DNA of 64,000 bases, from positions 15,820 through 79,819 of the forward strand of contig JBMNER010000003.1 of the NCBI GenBank assembly GCA_050948885.1, in the 5' to 3' direction. The notes beneath the pieces were generated by a model. The model was not told the origin of the DNA. It ran no database searches and saw only the letters and a list, made by a program, of their open reading frames with translations. Shown one piece after another: positions 8,818 through 17,327 of the stretch. Position numbers and translations under genes: made by a program. Positions within the stretch are counted from its first letter, which is position 1, and each line of letters starts with the position of its first letter. The DNA comes from Bacilli bacterium (GTDB lineage Bacteria; Bacillota_I; Bacilli_A; RF39; UBA660).

Positions 8818-10114
8818 CGTTTAACATATCACCTAGCGCCGTATAATAACGATTAATATATTTACTTGGTATAGAACTTAATTCAGCCGCAGTCCAACCG
8901 CTACTACCTCGGGTATTATTATAATTAGCCATGGTTTTTTCATAAGCTCCACCACTAATATCATAGATACCATAGATAGTACCAGTGGTGCTTTGTCCTA
9001 CATTACTTATATAACTATCTTCAGGGCCACCACCGGTATAATAACTAGTATTGTCATTAATAGTTATTTCGGTATCCTTACCATAACTTGATTTAGATAA
9101 ATAAGCAACTGCTCCCCATTCGGTATTTTTCATCATATGGGTATCAATATTTTTACCACTAGTTCCCCAGCCATATACGGGATTAGTTTCCATAGCTCGT
9201 ACCGCTTCAAAAGCGTTTTTATTATTGATACAACGCCATGATCTGGCGCCGGGAATAATCTTAACGGTTTTACTACTAGTATTATCAGCCGCGTTACAAG
9301 TGGTATTATCAGAAGCAACTCCTCCCGCGGCCGTGGCTTCAAACTTGGCTACCCAAAGACCAGATACTTTATTCCCACCAAAGTTAAAACCAGGATGTTC
9401 TATAAAATTGGTTTGACTGTTACCACTATAAGTCGGGATTATATCTACCCTTGTATCATCACTCGCGGTATTTTCTAAACCCTTTAAAAACTTAACATTG
9501 ATGGTACCGGCAGTTGAGGTATGATAATTAGAAGCAATTTGATAAGCATATCTAGGGATCCACACCCACATTGAACCATCTGCTGTTTTAGCGTTGGCCC
9601 ACTCTTTGTCTATAGTATTATAATTATACCAATCCCCATCATTCTCGTTTGTCTCTACCATATTGTTATTTTCATCCCATTTTATTGGTGTCATACCCGG
9701 TGCCAATTGGGGTCTGTTAACGCCCTCCTTAGCGTTATATAACTCTTCTAAAACGGAGGCTTGATATATATATTGATTATCTTCTTTGACAATGATTACT
9801 TTAGTTTCAGTATTATGAAAAACGCCACCCTTAGGATTCGCTAGTGGATCTGGTAATAAGCTGGCCGCTTGTAAATCAGCTAAACTAACTTCAGCCATAT
9901 CACTAGTCCAATTAATATCATCGGTATTTGACGTCACATACTTCTTAGTTGCATCAACGATTAATTCCTTTTGTCTTTCATAAGATTCACCTCTGGCTTT
10001 ATTAATAATATTTAAAACATTAGGAATAGCAATTAATAAAACAATTCCTAATACAACAATAACCGCCAATAATTCTACTAGGGTAAAGCCTTTGTTTTGA
10101 TACATTACAACCAC
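8741..10114 (-). CDS. DGR target: type IV prepilin-type N-terminus plus CLec/FGE-like domain (likely ATG at 10105); stops just before the VR because of a frameshift
   Basis: KG|FTLVELLAVIVVLGIVLLIAIP prepilin cleavage/methylation motif; WVWIPRY, KFEA, NTEWGAVAYL, GIYDISGGAYE. Confidence 0.88.
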   Translation of the reverse strand: MVVMYQNKGFTLVELLAVIVVLGIVLLIAIPNVLNIINKARGESYERQKELIVDATKKYVTSNTDDINWTSDMAEVSLADLQAASLLPDPLANPKGGVFHNTETKVIIVKEDNQYIYQASVLEELYNAKEGVNRPQLAPGMTPIKWDENNNMVETNENDGDWYNYNTIDKEWANAKTADGSMWVWIPRYAYQIASNYHTSTAGTINVKFLKGLENTASDDTRVDIIPTYSGNSQTNFIEHPGFNFGGNKVSGLWVAKFEATAAGGVASDNTTCNAADNTSSKTVKIIPGARSWRCINNKNAFEAVRAMETNPVYGWGTSGKNIDTHMMKNTEWGAVAYLSKSSYGKDTEITINDNTSYYTGGGPEDSYISNVGQSTTGTIYGIYDISGGAYEKTMANYNNTRGSSGWTAAELSSIPSKYINRYYTALGDMLNGVGFAYDSSIVGDAVYETSNDAQKI

Positions 10115-10182
10115 TACTTTCCTTTATATTACTTATAGTATACCATAGGTTTGTTCCTTTTTCTATCTTTTTAATGGTTTTT

Positions 10183-11654
10183 TGTAATTATTTTGTGATA
10201 ATGTCATAGTGTAATTATCTTTTGATTATGTCATAACCAAAGGATATAATATTACCTCAAAAGGAGGTAATAAAATGAAAGGATTTGAATTTACTATGAC
10301 GGAATTAAAAAAATTACATATTATTCAATCTGTCATTGATGGGATTAGAACTGGCAGAGAGGCTAGTAACTCTTTAGGTATATCAGAGAGACAAGTATGG
10401 AGGTTAGTTGCTAGGGTTAAAACGCAAGGACAATTAGGTATTACACATGCTAATAAATTTAATAAGCCTATACATGCCTTTTCTACCGAATTTAAGGATA
10501 AAATCGTTGAACTTAAATTAAGCGATAAATATTGCGAAGCCAATATTAGCCATTTTAAAGATCTCTTAAAAGAGTTTGAAAACATAACAATATCATATTC
10601 CTCTTTATATAATATATTAAAGAAAAAGGGGATTGTTTCGCCTATGAGATATAAAGAAAAAAAGATTCACAGAAGAAGAAAGAGAAAAGAATATTTCGGG
10701 GAACTAATTCAAACTGATGCTACACCTTTTGATTGGTTTAATATAGGAAAGCAATACTCTTTACATGGTTATATCGATGATGCTTCAGGTAAAATTTTAG
10801 GCCTTTATATGTGTGAAAATGAATGTCTTATGGGCTATTTAGAAATAACTAGACAAATGCTTAAAAAGTATGGCTCACCCCAAACTATTTATTCTGATAG
10901 ATATTCTGTTTTTTTCCCAGTAAAGTCTCAAAAAATAACTATTGAAGAACAATTAGAGGGAAAAGAAGAACCAACTACCCAATACAAAAGAATCACAGAT
11001 TCTTTAGGCATTGAGTTAATACCTGCTTCTTCTTCACAAGCTAAAGGCCGTATTGAACGATTGTGGAAAACATTGCAAAGTAGATTACTAACAGAATTTA
11101 AAATCAGGGATATTAAAACAATAGAAGAAGCTAATAAATTTTTAATTGAATATATTGATACTTATAATAAAAAATTCGCTATAGAGCCAGAAAAACAAAA
11201 AAGTAAATTTATACCTTTACCTTCATATATTGATCTAGACTTATTGCTTACTAGTAAGTTAAGCAGAAAAATCGATAATGCCGGAACGTTTACTATCAAC
11301 AACAAACGTTTCCAAATCGTTAATAATAGAATATTACCTAATGTTAAAGTTAATATTTTCATTAGCCATAAAATAGGTATCATTGTTGAACACAACGATA
11401 CCCGTTATAAAGTCGTTTGTATTAATAACATACCTAATACTTATGCATCTATAAATTTAAATAAACTGTGTAAAGAGCACTCTCTAGAAGTCAAAGAGTT
11501 TGCTACTAAGCTCTGTTCTTCCAACTCTAAAGAATGCGAACCTTTACTGGCTTCATCTTAGCACTTTCCTATACAGTTTTCAAGTATTATAACTATGACA
11601 TTTTCAAAAGATAATTTGCGGCTTTTTTTATGACATTTTCAAAAAGTATTTACA
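10183..11654 (+). mobile_element. IS1202-family (ISNCY-type) insertion sequence, 1472 bp
   Basis: 26-bp imperfect terminal IRs (TGTAATTATTTTGTGATAATGTCATA vs TGTAAATACTTTTTGAAAATGTCATA), each with an internal second copy; flanking direct repeat CTTTTTAATGGTTTTT at 10167-10182 and 11656-11671. Confidence 0.9.
10275..11561 (+). CDS. DDE transposase (IS481/IS1202-like)
   Basis: N-terminal HTH (LGISERQVWRL), GELIQTDA, IDDASG, YSDR, QAKGRIERLWKTLQSRL; AGGAGG RBS. Confidence 0.93.
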   Translation: MKGFEFTMTELKKLHIIQSVIDGIRTGREASNSLGISERQVWRLVARVKTQGQLGITHANKFNKPIHAFSTEFKDKIVELKLSDKYCEANISHFKDLLKEFENITISYSSLYNILKKKGIVSPMRYKEKKIHRRRKRKEYFGELIQTDATPFDWFNIGKQYSLHGYIDDASGKILGLYMCENECLMGYLEITRQMLKKYGSPQTIYSDRYSVFFPVKSQKITIEEQLEGKEEPTTQYKRITDSLGIELIPASSSQAKGRIERLWKTLQSRLLTEFKIRDIKTIEEANKFLIEYIDTYNKKFAIEPEKQKSKFIPLPSYIDLDLLLTSKLSRKIDNAGTFTINNKRFQIVNNRILPNVKVNIFISHKIGIIVEHNDTRYKVVCINNIPNTYASINLNKLCKEHSLEVKEFATKLCSSNSKECEPLLASS

Positions 11655-11682
11655 CCTTTTTAATGGTTTTTGGCATAATATG

Positions 11683-12123
11683 TCAAATTTCATTTACGAT
11701 TTCGTTTATCCTATTAATAATTATTTCCATATTGTCACTATTTTTAAAGGTAATTAAACGTTGGTATATTTTGTTTATTTCCTCCTGTTGCCAATAACTT
11801 TTCTTACTTTTTTTTAACAATACTTCATAATGTCTATGAGAACGAGGATTTTCATGCGCTATATATTGATTATCAACATTTAAGATAACATAGGAGATCT
11901 TTTGTTTTAGTAACTGCCCCTCTATCTTTTTGATGATATTAACTGGAAACCCCACCATAATATAATTTGATCGTTGCTTGATTTTATAATTAAATAAATA
12001 ATTTATAATATAAGCATCATCATTTAACGCTTCATAGAAAACACCACTTTTTATTAAAATTAATGCCTTCGGATATTGATTTTTAAGATAATAATATTTA
12101 ACAATTAGTTTCATCATTATCAA
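11683..12123 (-). CDS. Stand-alone MutS domain-I-like protein (candidate DGR accessory)
   Basis: YYYLKNQYPKALILIKSGVFYEALNDDA..VGFP resembles the MutS mismatch-recognition domain; only 146 aa. Confidence 0.75.
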   Translation of the reverse strand: MIMMKLIVKYYYLKNQYPKALILIKSGVFYEALNDDAYIINYLFNYKIKQRSNYIMVGFPVNIIKKIEGQLLKQKISYVILNVDNQYIAHENPRSHRHYEVLLKKSKKSYWQQEEINKIYQRLITFKNSDNMEIIINRINEIVNEI

Positions 12124-12523
12124 CCCCTCTCATTATATCTATGATGCCTTTCCCTTCAACATACTCCTCTAAGTTTAATAAGTGTGCTAGTTTAAAAATT
12201 AGTTCTTTCTTTTTTCGATAAAAGTAAGTTTCTGAATAACCACATTTTAACGCAATATCATAATTATATTGCTTATTCAAATTCATAAATGAATAATAAA
12301 TAATCATTCTTTCATTATGGGTAAATGATTTATTATATCTTTTGATTAATTGATTAATGTATTTTAATTTTTTTCTTTTTTTAAGATCCGTTATTATTTT
12401 TTTTACCTTAATCTTGATTTGGTAGTTCTTTTCCTTAATAAGTTCTATTTCTTCCTCAAGCAGTTCTAAATAAAGACGGTAATAATTAAAACATTCTTGA
12501 ATTCTTTTTGCCGTTTTTTTTAT
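12098..12523 (-). CDS. ArpU-like transcriptional regulator; frame stays open well upstream of the called 69-aa ORF but has no canonical start
   Basis: Frame reads IKKTAKRIQECFNYYRL..ERMIIYYSF..YDIALKCGYSETYFYRKKKELIFKLAHLL, an ArpU/sigma region-4-like HTH pattern. Confidence 0.5.
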   Translation of the reverse strand: MKKTAKRIQECFNYYRLYLELLEEEIELIKEKNYQIKIKVKKIITDLKKRKKLKYINQLIKRYNKSFTHNERMIIYYSFMNLNKQYNYDIALKCGYSETYFYRKKKELIFKLAHLLNLEEYVEGKGIIDIMRGVDNDETNC

Positions 12524-12692
12524 TTATTATTGGAATAATAATATCAATTCCCTATTCATCCTTCAATAATTTGTTTAGTTAAAAATCAATTACCCTTATT
12601 ATAAATGCTACCATAAAAAGGTAAATTTGGTCTTTCTTTTTTCTATTATTAAAAACAAATCAAATCCTAAACTCTAAACTACCCTTTCATTA

Positions 12693-12717
12693 TAAAAAAG
12701 ACACCTTAAGTGTCTTT
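12693..12717 (-). terminator. Intrinsic terminator after pbpB
   Basis: Minus strand AAAGACAC-TTAAG-GTGTCTTT followed by T run. Confidence 0.6.
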
Positions 12718-14838
12718 AAAATCATATTTAGGTTGTAACTCAATAATTAAGTTAGTCGCTTCATCAAGAAGACTTCCCGGGGGAATGTTTTGACTGACAA
12801 CATAACCATAACCATCTAATTCACATTTAATAGAAAATAACTTTGTAAAGGTTAATACTTCACGACTAGACCAACCATACATATTAGGTATCTTAATTAG
12901 AGACTCATTTGTTATCAAAAATACTAAATCTTGATGCGACATAATGCTACCCGCATTAGGATACTGTCTAATTATCTTATCACCGTCACCAAAAGTAATG
13001 GCGTAAATATTTTCTTTTCGCAAAGTATTTTTAACATCACTTACTTCTTTATTTAGAAAAGATGGCATAACATAATTAATTATCTTTTCTTCATCATTAT
13101 TAGTTTGTTTTATATTTAAATACTTAGCGGTATCCATTACCACCCTTTTAACTGAACTAATAATGGTATTACGAGTGCCACCACGCGCTACCGTATAAAT
13201 AATTAGTTTTGGATCATCTTTGGGGTATAAGCCCGCAAAAGAGGAAATAAAAGTATTACTCATATAGCCACCCTTGCCATCAGCAATTTGAGCCGTGCCC
13301 GTTTTACCAATTAAATCTAAACCCTCCACTTTATAAGTACTACCAGTTGTCGCACTAGAATCATTATGAATAACATTATACATTAGTTCTTTTATTTTTT
13401 TAATGGTGGCTTGATTAGCCACTTGATGTAACTCGGTTCTAAGTCCTTGGTGGATTATCTCATTTGTATCAGGGTTAACAATTTTATCGACTAAATAGGG
13501 TTTTAACATCATTCCCTCATTAGCAATAGCGGTTAAAGCTTGAATCATTTGGATTGGCGTAATAGTTATTCCTTGACCAAAAGCCGCATTAGCCACTTCT
13601 ATCTTATATTTAAAATTAATTTTACCGGGAACTTCCCGTGGTAATTCAATCCCAGTTACCTTTCCAAAACCCATTTTTAAAAGATAATCTCTTAGAATAA
13701 AACGATTAATATTCTTATCAACTAAGTGACTAACTCCCACATTAGATGACAAGCAAAAACCCAAATCATAAGTAATATTACCCCAGCCATAAGTATTCCA
13801 ATCTCTAACCGTATACTCACCAATTCTAATGGAACCAGAAGGGAAAGTATCATTACCCCGATAACTATTATTTTCCATAGTAGCCATATAGGTAAATATT
13901 TTCATCGTTGACCCTGGTTCATAAGCATATGAAACTACCGGATCTAAATAACTCGTTATATCCCTAATATTAGGATCAAAAGAAGGATAAGAAGTAGAGG
14001 CTAAAATTTGTCCCGTTTTAGCATCCGCCACGACCATTAATAACCATTCTGGATATGTAGCGTCATAATTTTCACTAAGTGCTTTTTCAACAAATAATTG
14101 AATATTATTATCAATCGTTAAATAAAGGTCATGACCATCAACCGGCTCAATTCTTTTTTCATTAGTATTCGGAATCTGATAACCATTACTATCAGCTTGA
14201 AATTCTAAGTACCCATTAGTACCTTTCAATTTATCATTATAATGAGCTTCTAAACCTAATTCCCCGTATATTTCATCTTGATTATTACTTTTCGCATAAC
14301 CCAACGTATATGATAAAAACCGACCATTAGGATAATAGCGTTTATATGATTTTGAAAAATCAATCCCTGGTAATTCTAAAGCTATAATGGCCTCCTTAGT
14401 AAGCTCTGTAATTCCACGTCCACCAGGCCCTAATTCCACTTGGGTAACATTTTTTCTATTTAGTAAATTATAAATACTTTCCTCGCTCATTTTTAAAATA
14501 GGGGCGAGTTGCTTAGCGGTATGTTCTTTATCAACGACGTGCTGTGGTCTTACTTGATTTTTACTTCTATTCTCATCTAAATAAGCAATAACTGTATAAG
14601 ATGAGACATTTTGAGCTAAGATATTACCGTTAATATCAAAAATATTACCACGATTAGCTACTAAAACTTGTTTCCTAGTAGTACGTGAAGTGGCAAACTT
14701 TTGGATATTAATCCCATCAATTGTTGATAAAAGCGCTAATTGAGCCGTTCGACCCGCAATAACTAACAACCAAAAAAAAGACACTATTAACACTAAAGGA
14801 CTGACTTTTACTGGATTAGTTGGTCTTTTTCTCATCAT
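12706..14838 (-). CDS. pbpB: Class B PBP (PBP2B/FtsI) with two PASTA domains
   Basis: EPGSTMK, SSN and KTGTAQ motifs; follows ftsL. Confidence 0.88.
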   Translation of the reverse strand: MMRKRPTNPVKVSPLVLIVSFFWLLVIAGRTAQLALLSTIDGINIQKFATSRTTRKQVLVANRGNIFDINGNILAQNVSSYTVIAYLDENRSKNQVRPQHVVDKEHTAKQLAPILKMSEESIYNLLNRKNVTQVELGPGGRGITELTKEAIIALELPGIDFSKSYKRYYPNGRFLSYTLGYAKSNNQDEIYGELGLEAHYNDKLKGTNGYLEFQADSNGYQIPNTNEKRIEPVDGHDLYLTIDNNIQLFVEKALSENYDATYPEWLLMVVADAKTGQILASTSYPSFDPNIRDITSYLDPVVSYAYEPGSTMKIFTYMATMENNSYRGNDTFPSGSIRIGEYTVRDWNTYGWGNITYDLGFCLSSNVGVSHLVDKNINRFILRDYLLKMGFGKVTGIELPREVPGKINFKYKIEVANAAFGQGITITPIQMIQALTAIANEGMMLKPYLVDKIVNPDTNEIIHQGLRTELHQVANQATIKKIKELMYNVIHNDSSATTGSTYKVEGLDLIGKTGTAQIADGKGGYMSNTFISSFAGLYPKDDPKLIIYTVARGGTRNTIISSVKRVVMDTAKYLNIKQTNNDEEKIINYVMPSFLNKEVSDVKNTLRKENIYAITFGDGDKIIRQYPNAGSIMSHQDLVFLITNESLIKIPNMYGWSSREVLTFTKLFSIKCELDGYGYVVSQNIPPGSLLDEATNLIIELQPKYDFKDT

Positions 14839-14853
14839 CTCACACCCTTAAAA

Positions 14854-15180
14854 CTACTGCGTAATAACTTTTATATTATTATTATTATAACTTAATCCCA
14901 TACTTTCAGCAACTAATTGAATGTTTTCTAATGACGCTAGTTCATTAATTTTCATCATGATACTCTGATTTTTATTTTGTTGGCGATCAATCTGCACCTT
15001 TAATCTTTCTACCTCGATATTTACTTTCGATAAAGTGGCACTACTAAAAACAATTAAAACTGGGGTTAATAATACTAATAGAGCCACCACCATATATAAT
15101 AACTTCTCAATTTTTAATAATTTTAATTTTCGGTTCTTTTTTACTCTCACTATTCTCACCCTCCTATAATTTTTCAACAA
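14854..15180 (-). CDS. ftsL: Cell division protein FtsL
   Basis: TM helix then coiled coil ending ELASLENIQLVAESMGL; between rsmH and pbpB. Confidence 0.8.
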   Translation of the reverse strand: MLKNYRRVRIVRVKKNRKLKLLKIEKLLYMVVALLVLLTPVLIVFSSATLSKVNIEVERLKVQIDRQQNKNQSIMMKINELASLENIQLVAESMGLSYNNNNIKVITQ

Positions 15181-16084
15181 CTCGCATCTTCGCTGATCTA
15201 GCGCGTTTATTAGCTTTTATCTCTAATGCCGATGGCACGATAACTTGCTTATTAATTAATTTAATTATTGGTTCTTCACTAACAGGGATAAATGGTAATT
15301 TCTTTAAGGACTGATTAACACTACTATATTTTTTAAATAATTGTTTACAAATTCTATCTTCTAAGGAATGAAAGGTAATAACACATAAACGTCCCCCAGG
15401 ATTTAATAATGTTATGGCTTGTTCTAAAGCTGCTTCTAAGACCTCTAATTCCTTGTTTACCTCTATTCTTATGGCTTGAAATACTTGTCTAGCGGGATGT
15501 TCTAAACGCCTTCTTTTGGCGGAAACCGACCCCTTAATAATATCAACTAATTCTAAGGTCGTGACAATTGGCTCTTTTTCCCGAGCTGATACTATTTTTT
15601 TAGCGATATTTCGAGCCGCTGGCTCTTCACCATATATTTTAAAAATATTAATTAGTTTTTCTAATGGATACTCATTTACAACTTCATACGCTGATAAATC
15701 ATTATTTTGATCCATCCGCATATCTAAGCGGGCATCCTGATGGTAACTAAAACCGCGTTCTTTTTTATCTAATTGAACACTAGATACCCCTAAATCAAAT
15801 AAGATACCATCAACTTTAGTAACCTTTCTTTTGTTTAATTCGGCCTTTAAGTTAATAAAGTTACTGTTTATTACTTCAAAATTTTTACCGATTACTTGTA
15901 ATTTTTGATTACTATACTTAACCGCTTCTTCATCTTGATCAAAGGCGAATAGGTAACCCCTTTTTACCCTTTTTAATATCTCGCTACTGTGACCGGCATA
16001 ACCCGCGGTACAGTCGACATAGATACCCCTTTCCTTCACTTTTAAATAAGTAATTACCTCTTTTAATAAAACACTCTTATGCAT
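15164..16084 (-). CDS. rsmH: 16S rRNA m4C1402 methyltransferase
   Basis: [34 protein letters not shown] and RARSAK motifs. Confidence 0.97.
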   Translation of the reverse strand: MHKSVLLKEVITYLKVKERGIYVDCTAGYAGHSSEILKRVKRGYLFAFDQDEEAVKYSNQKLQVIGKNFEVINSNFINLKAELNKRKVTKVDGILFDLGVSSVQLDKKERGFSYHQDARLDMRMDQNNDLSAYEVVNEYPLEKLINIFKIYGEEPAARNIAKKIVSAREKEPIVTTLELVDIIKGSVSAKRRRLEHPARQVFQAIRIEVNKELEVLEAALEQAITLLNPGGRLCVITFHSLEDRICKQLFKKYSSVNQSLKKLPFIPVSEEPIIKLINKQVIVPSALEIKANKRARSAKMRVVEKL

Positions 16085-16514
16085 CGATGTTGTTTAAAAA
16101 TAAATCTTCCGCGATGTTTGATAAATTATCTTCATTGGTTTTTAAGAATTGCTCCCAGTTATGTTTTGACCAAACTTCTAAACGGTCATTTACGCCGATA
16201 ATGATGCATTCTTTCACCAAATCGGCGTAATTAACCAAGGGAGAGGTAATATTAATTCGACCTTGCTTGTCAAATTCACACACTGTCGCACCGGCTAAAA
16301 AGAAACGCGTGAAGGAACGAGCGTCCTTTTTAGTAAAGGGAAGTTGCTTTAATTTAGAAACAATTAAGTTCCATTCTTTAGGTGAATAGATAAATAAACA
16401 ATTATCTAGACCTCTAGTGACAATTAATGATTCACCTAATTCTTCTCTAAATTTTGAAGGGATGATTAATCTGCCTTTATCATCAATATTATGATGATAT
16501 TCACCCATTAACAT
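16077..16514 (-). CDS. mraZ: Transcriptional regulator MraZ (start at ATG 16514)
   Basis: [23 protein letters not shown]. Confidence 0.96.
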   Translation of the reverse strand: MLMGEYHHNIDDKGRLIIPSKFREELGESLIVTRGLDNCLFIYSPKEWNLIVSKLKQLPFTKKDARSFTRFFLAGATVCEFDKQGRINITSPLVNYADLVKECIIIGVNDRLEVWSKHNWEQFLKTNEDNLSNIAEDLFLNNIDA

Positions 16515-16521
16515 ATTTTCC

Positions 16522-16566
16522 CCACCTTCTTCCACTTTAACCCATAATTATGCCACTGCGTACCAC
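16522..16566 (-). promoter_or_regulatory. MraZ-binding direct repeats
   Basis: GTGG (once ATGG) five times at 10-11 bp period just upstream of mraZ. Confidence 0.8.
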
Positions 16567-16692
16567 CATCTTACTATTTAATAAAAAAAAAGTAAAGCCT
16601 TTTTTTACTTTTTTTGTAAACTTTCATTAATAAAAAGAAGATTAAATCTTTGAAAATCCATTTAGTTTTGCCAATTACTATCTTAATTAATT

Positions 16693-16986
16693 TTAAGTAT
16701 CATATTTTATTCCTTCATCAAATACACTAATACCCTCTAAATCAAGAAGATTTGTTTTGGTAGAAATAGCTCGTTGCAGAAATTCAATTTTCTTAGTATC
16801 ATTTGATGATTCAAACCATCCAAAAGGAAATAGCCTAATTCTTAATTGTAATTCATCTAATTCCCCTAGATTTTTTTCTTTTTTCATTTCTTCAATATAT
16901 TTGTTTTCCACAAGACTACAAACAAATTTTAATATCTTATCCTGTTTCATTTTGCTCTCCAATTCTAAATTGTAAGTTTTCAACAA
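16693..16986 (-). CDS. Hypothetical protein
   Basis: 97-aa ORF; no recognised motif. Confidence 0.4.
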   Translation of the reverse strand: MLKTYNLELESKMKQDKILKFVCSLVENKYIEEMKKEKNLGELDELQLRIRLFPFGWFESSNDTKKIEFLQRAISTKTNLLDLEGISVFDEGIKYDT

Positions 16987-17013
16987 AAGAATTAAATTAT
17001 TTAATTATATTTA

Positions 17014-17054
17014 AACTTATTTTCCTAAAAAATACCAAAAACTCTTGATATTAA
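17014..17054 (+). repeat. Degenerate copy of the IS-end-like sequence at 21224-21264
   Basis: 41-bp ungapped match with 5 mismatches. Confidence 0.7.
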
Positions 17055-17327
17055 TTACACACAAAATATCACGCCGTTAATTTATATCGCAGGTTAGATT
17101 AGATTGTCAACACTTTTTAGTCTCGCATCATTTACAAACGTACATTTGACTGTCTAATTTAGTGTAACCAATCCACCCCCACTCCGATTGAAGTTTATTG
17201 AGTATTTCTTTTTATTTTTATCTTTCTTAATTTAAGAAAAAGAAAAAGTCCAAAACGCTGGTGGTGTGGGGAAAAGCGGTTTGGAACTTTATATTGGCGG
17301 AACATAATAGTTGTTGAAATAATATAA

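Larger units (their letters stand above)
6508..12703 (-). mobile_element. DGR-carrying island inserted between pbpB and spoVD
   Basis: Non-dcw genes interrupt the conserved pbpB-spoVD adjacency; 11-bp direct repeat TAAAAAAGACA at 6508-6518 and 12693-12703. Confidence 0.7.
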
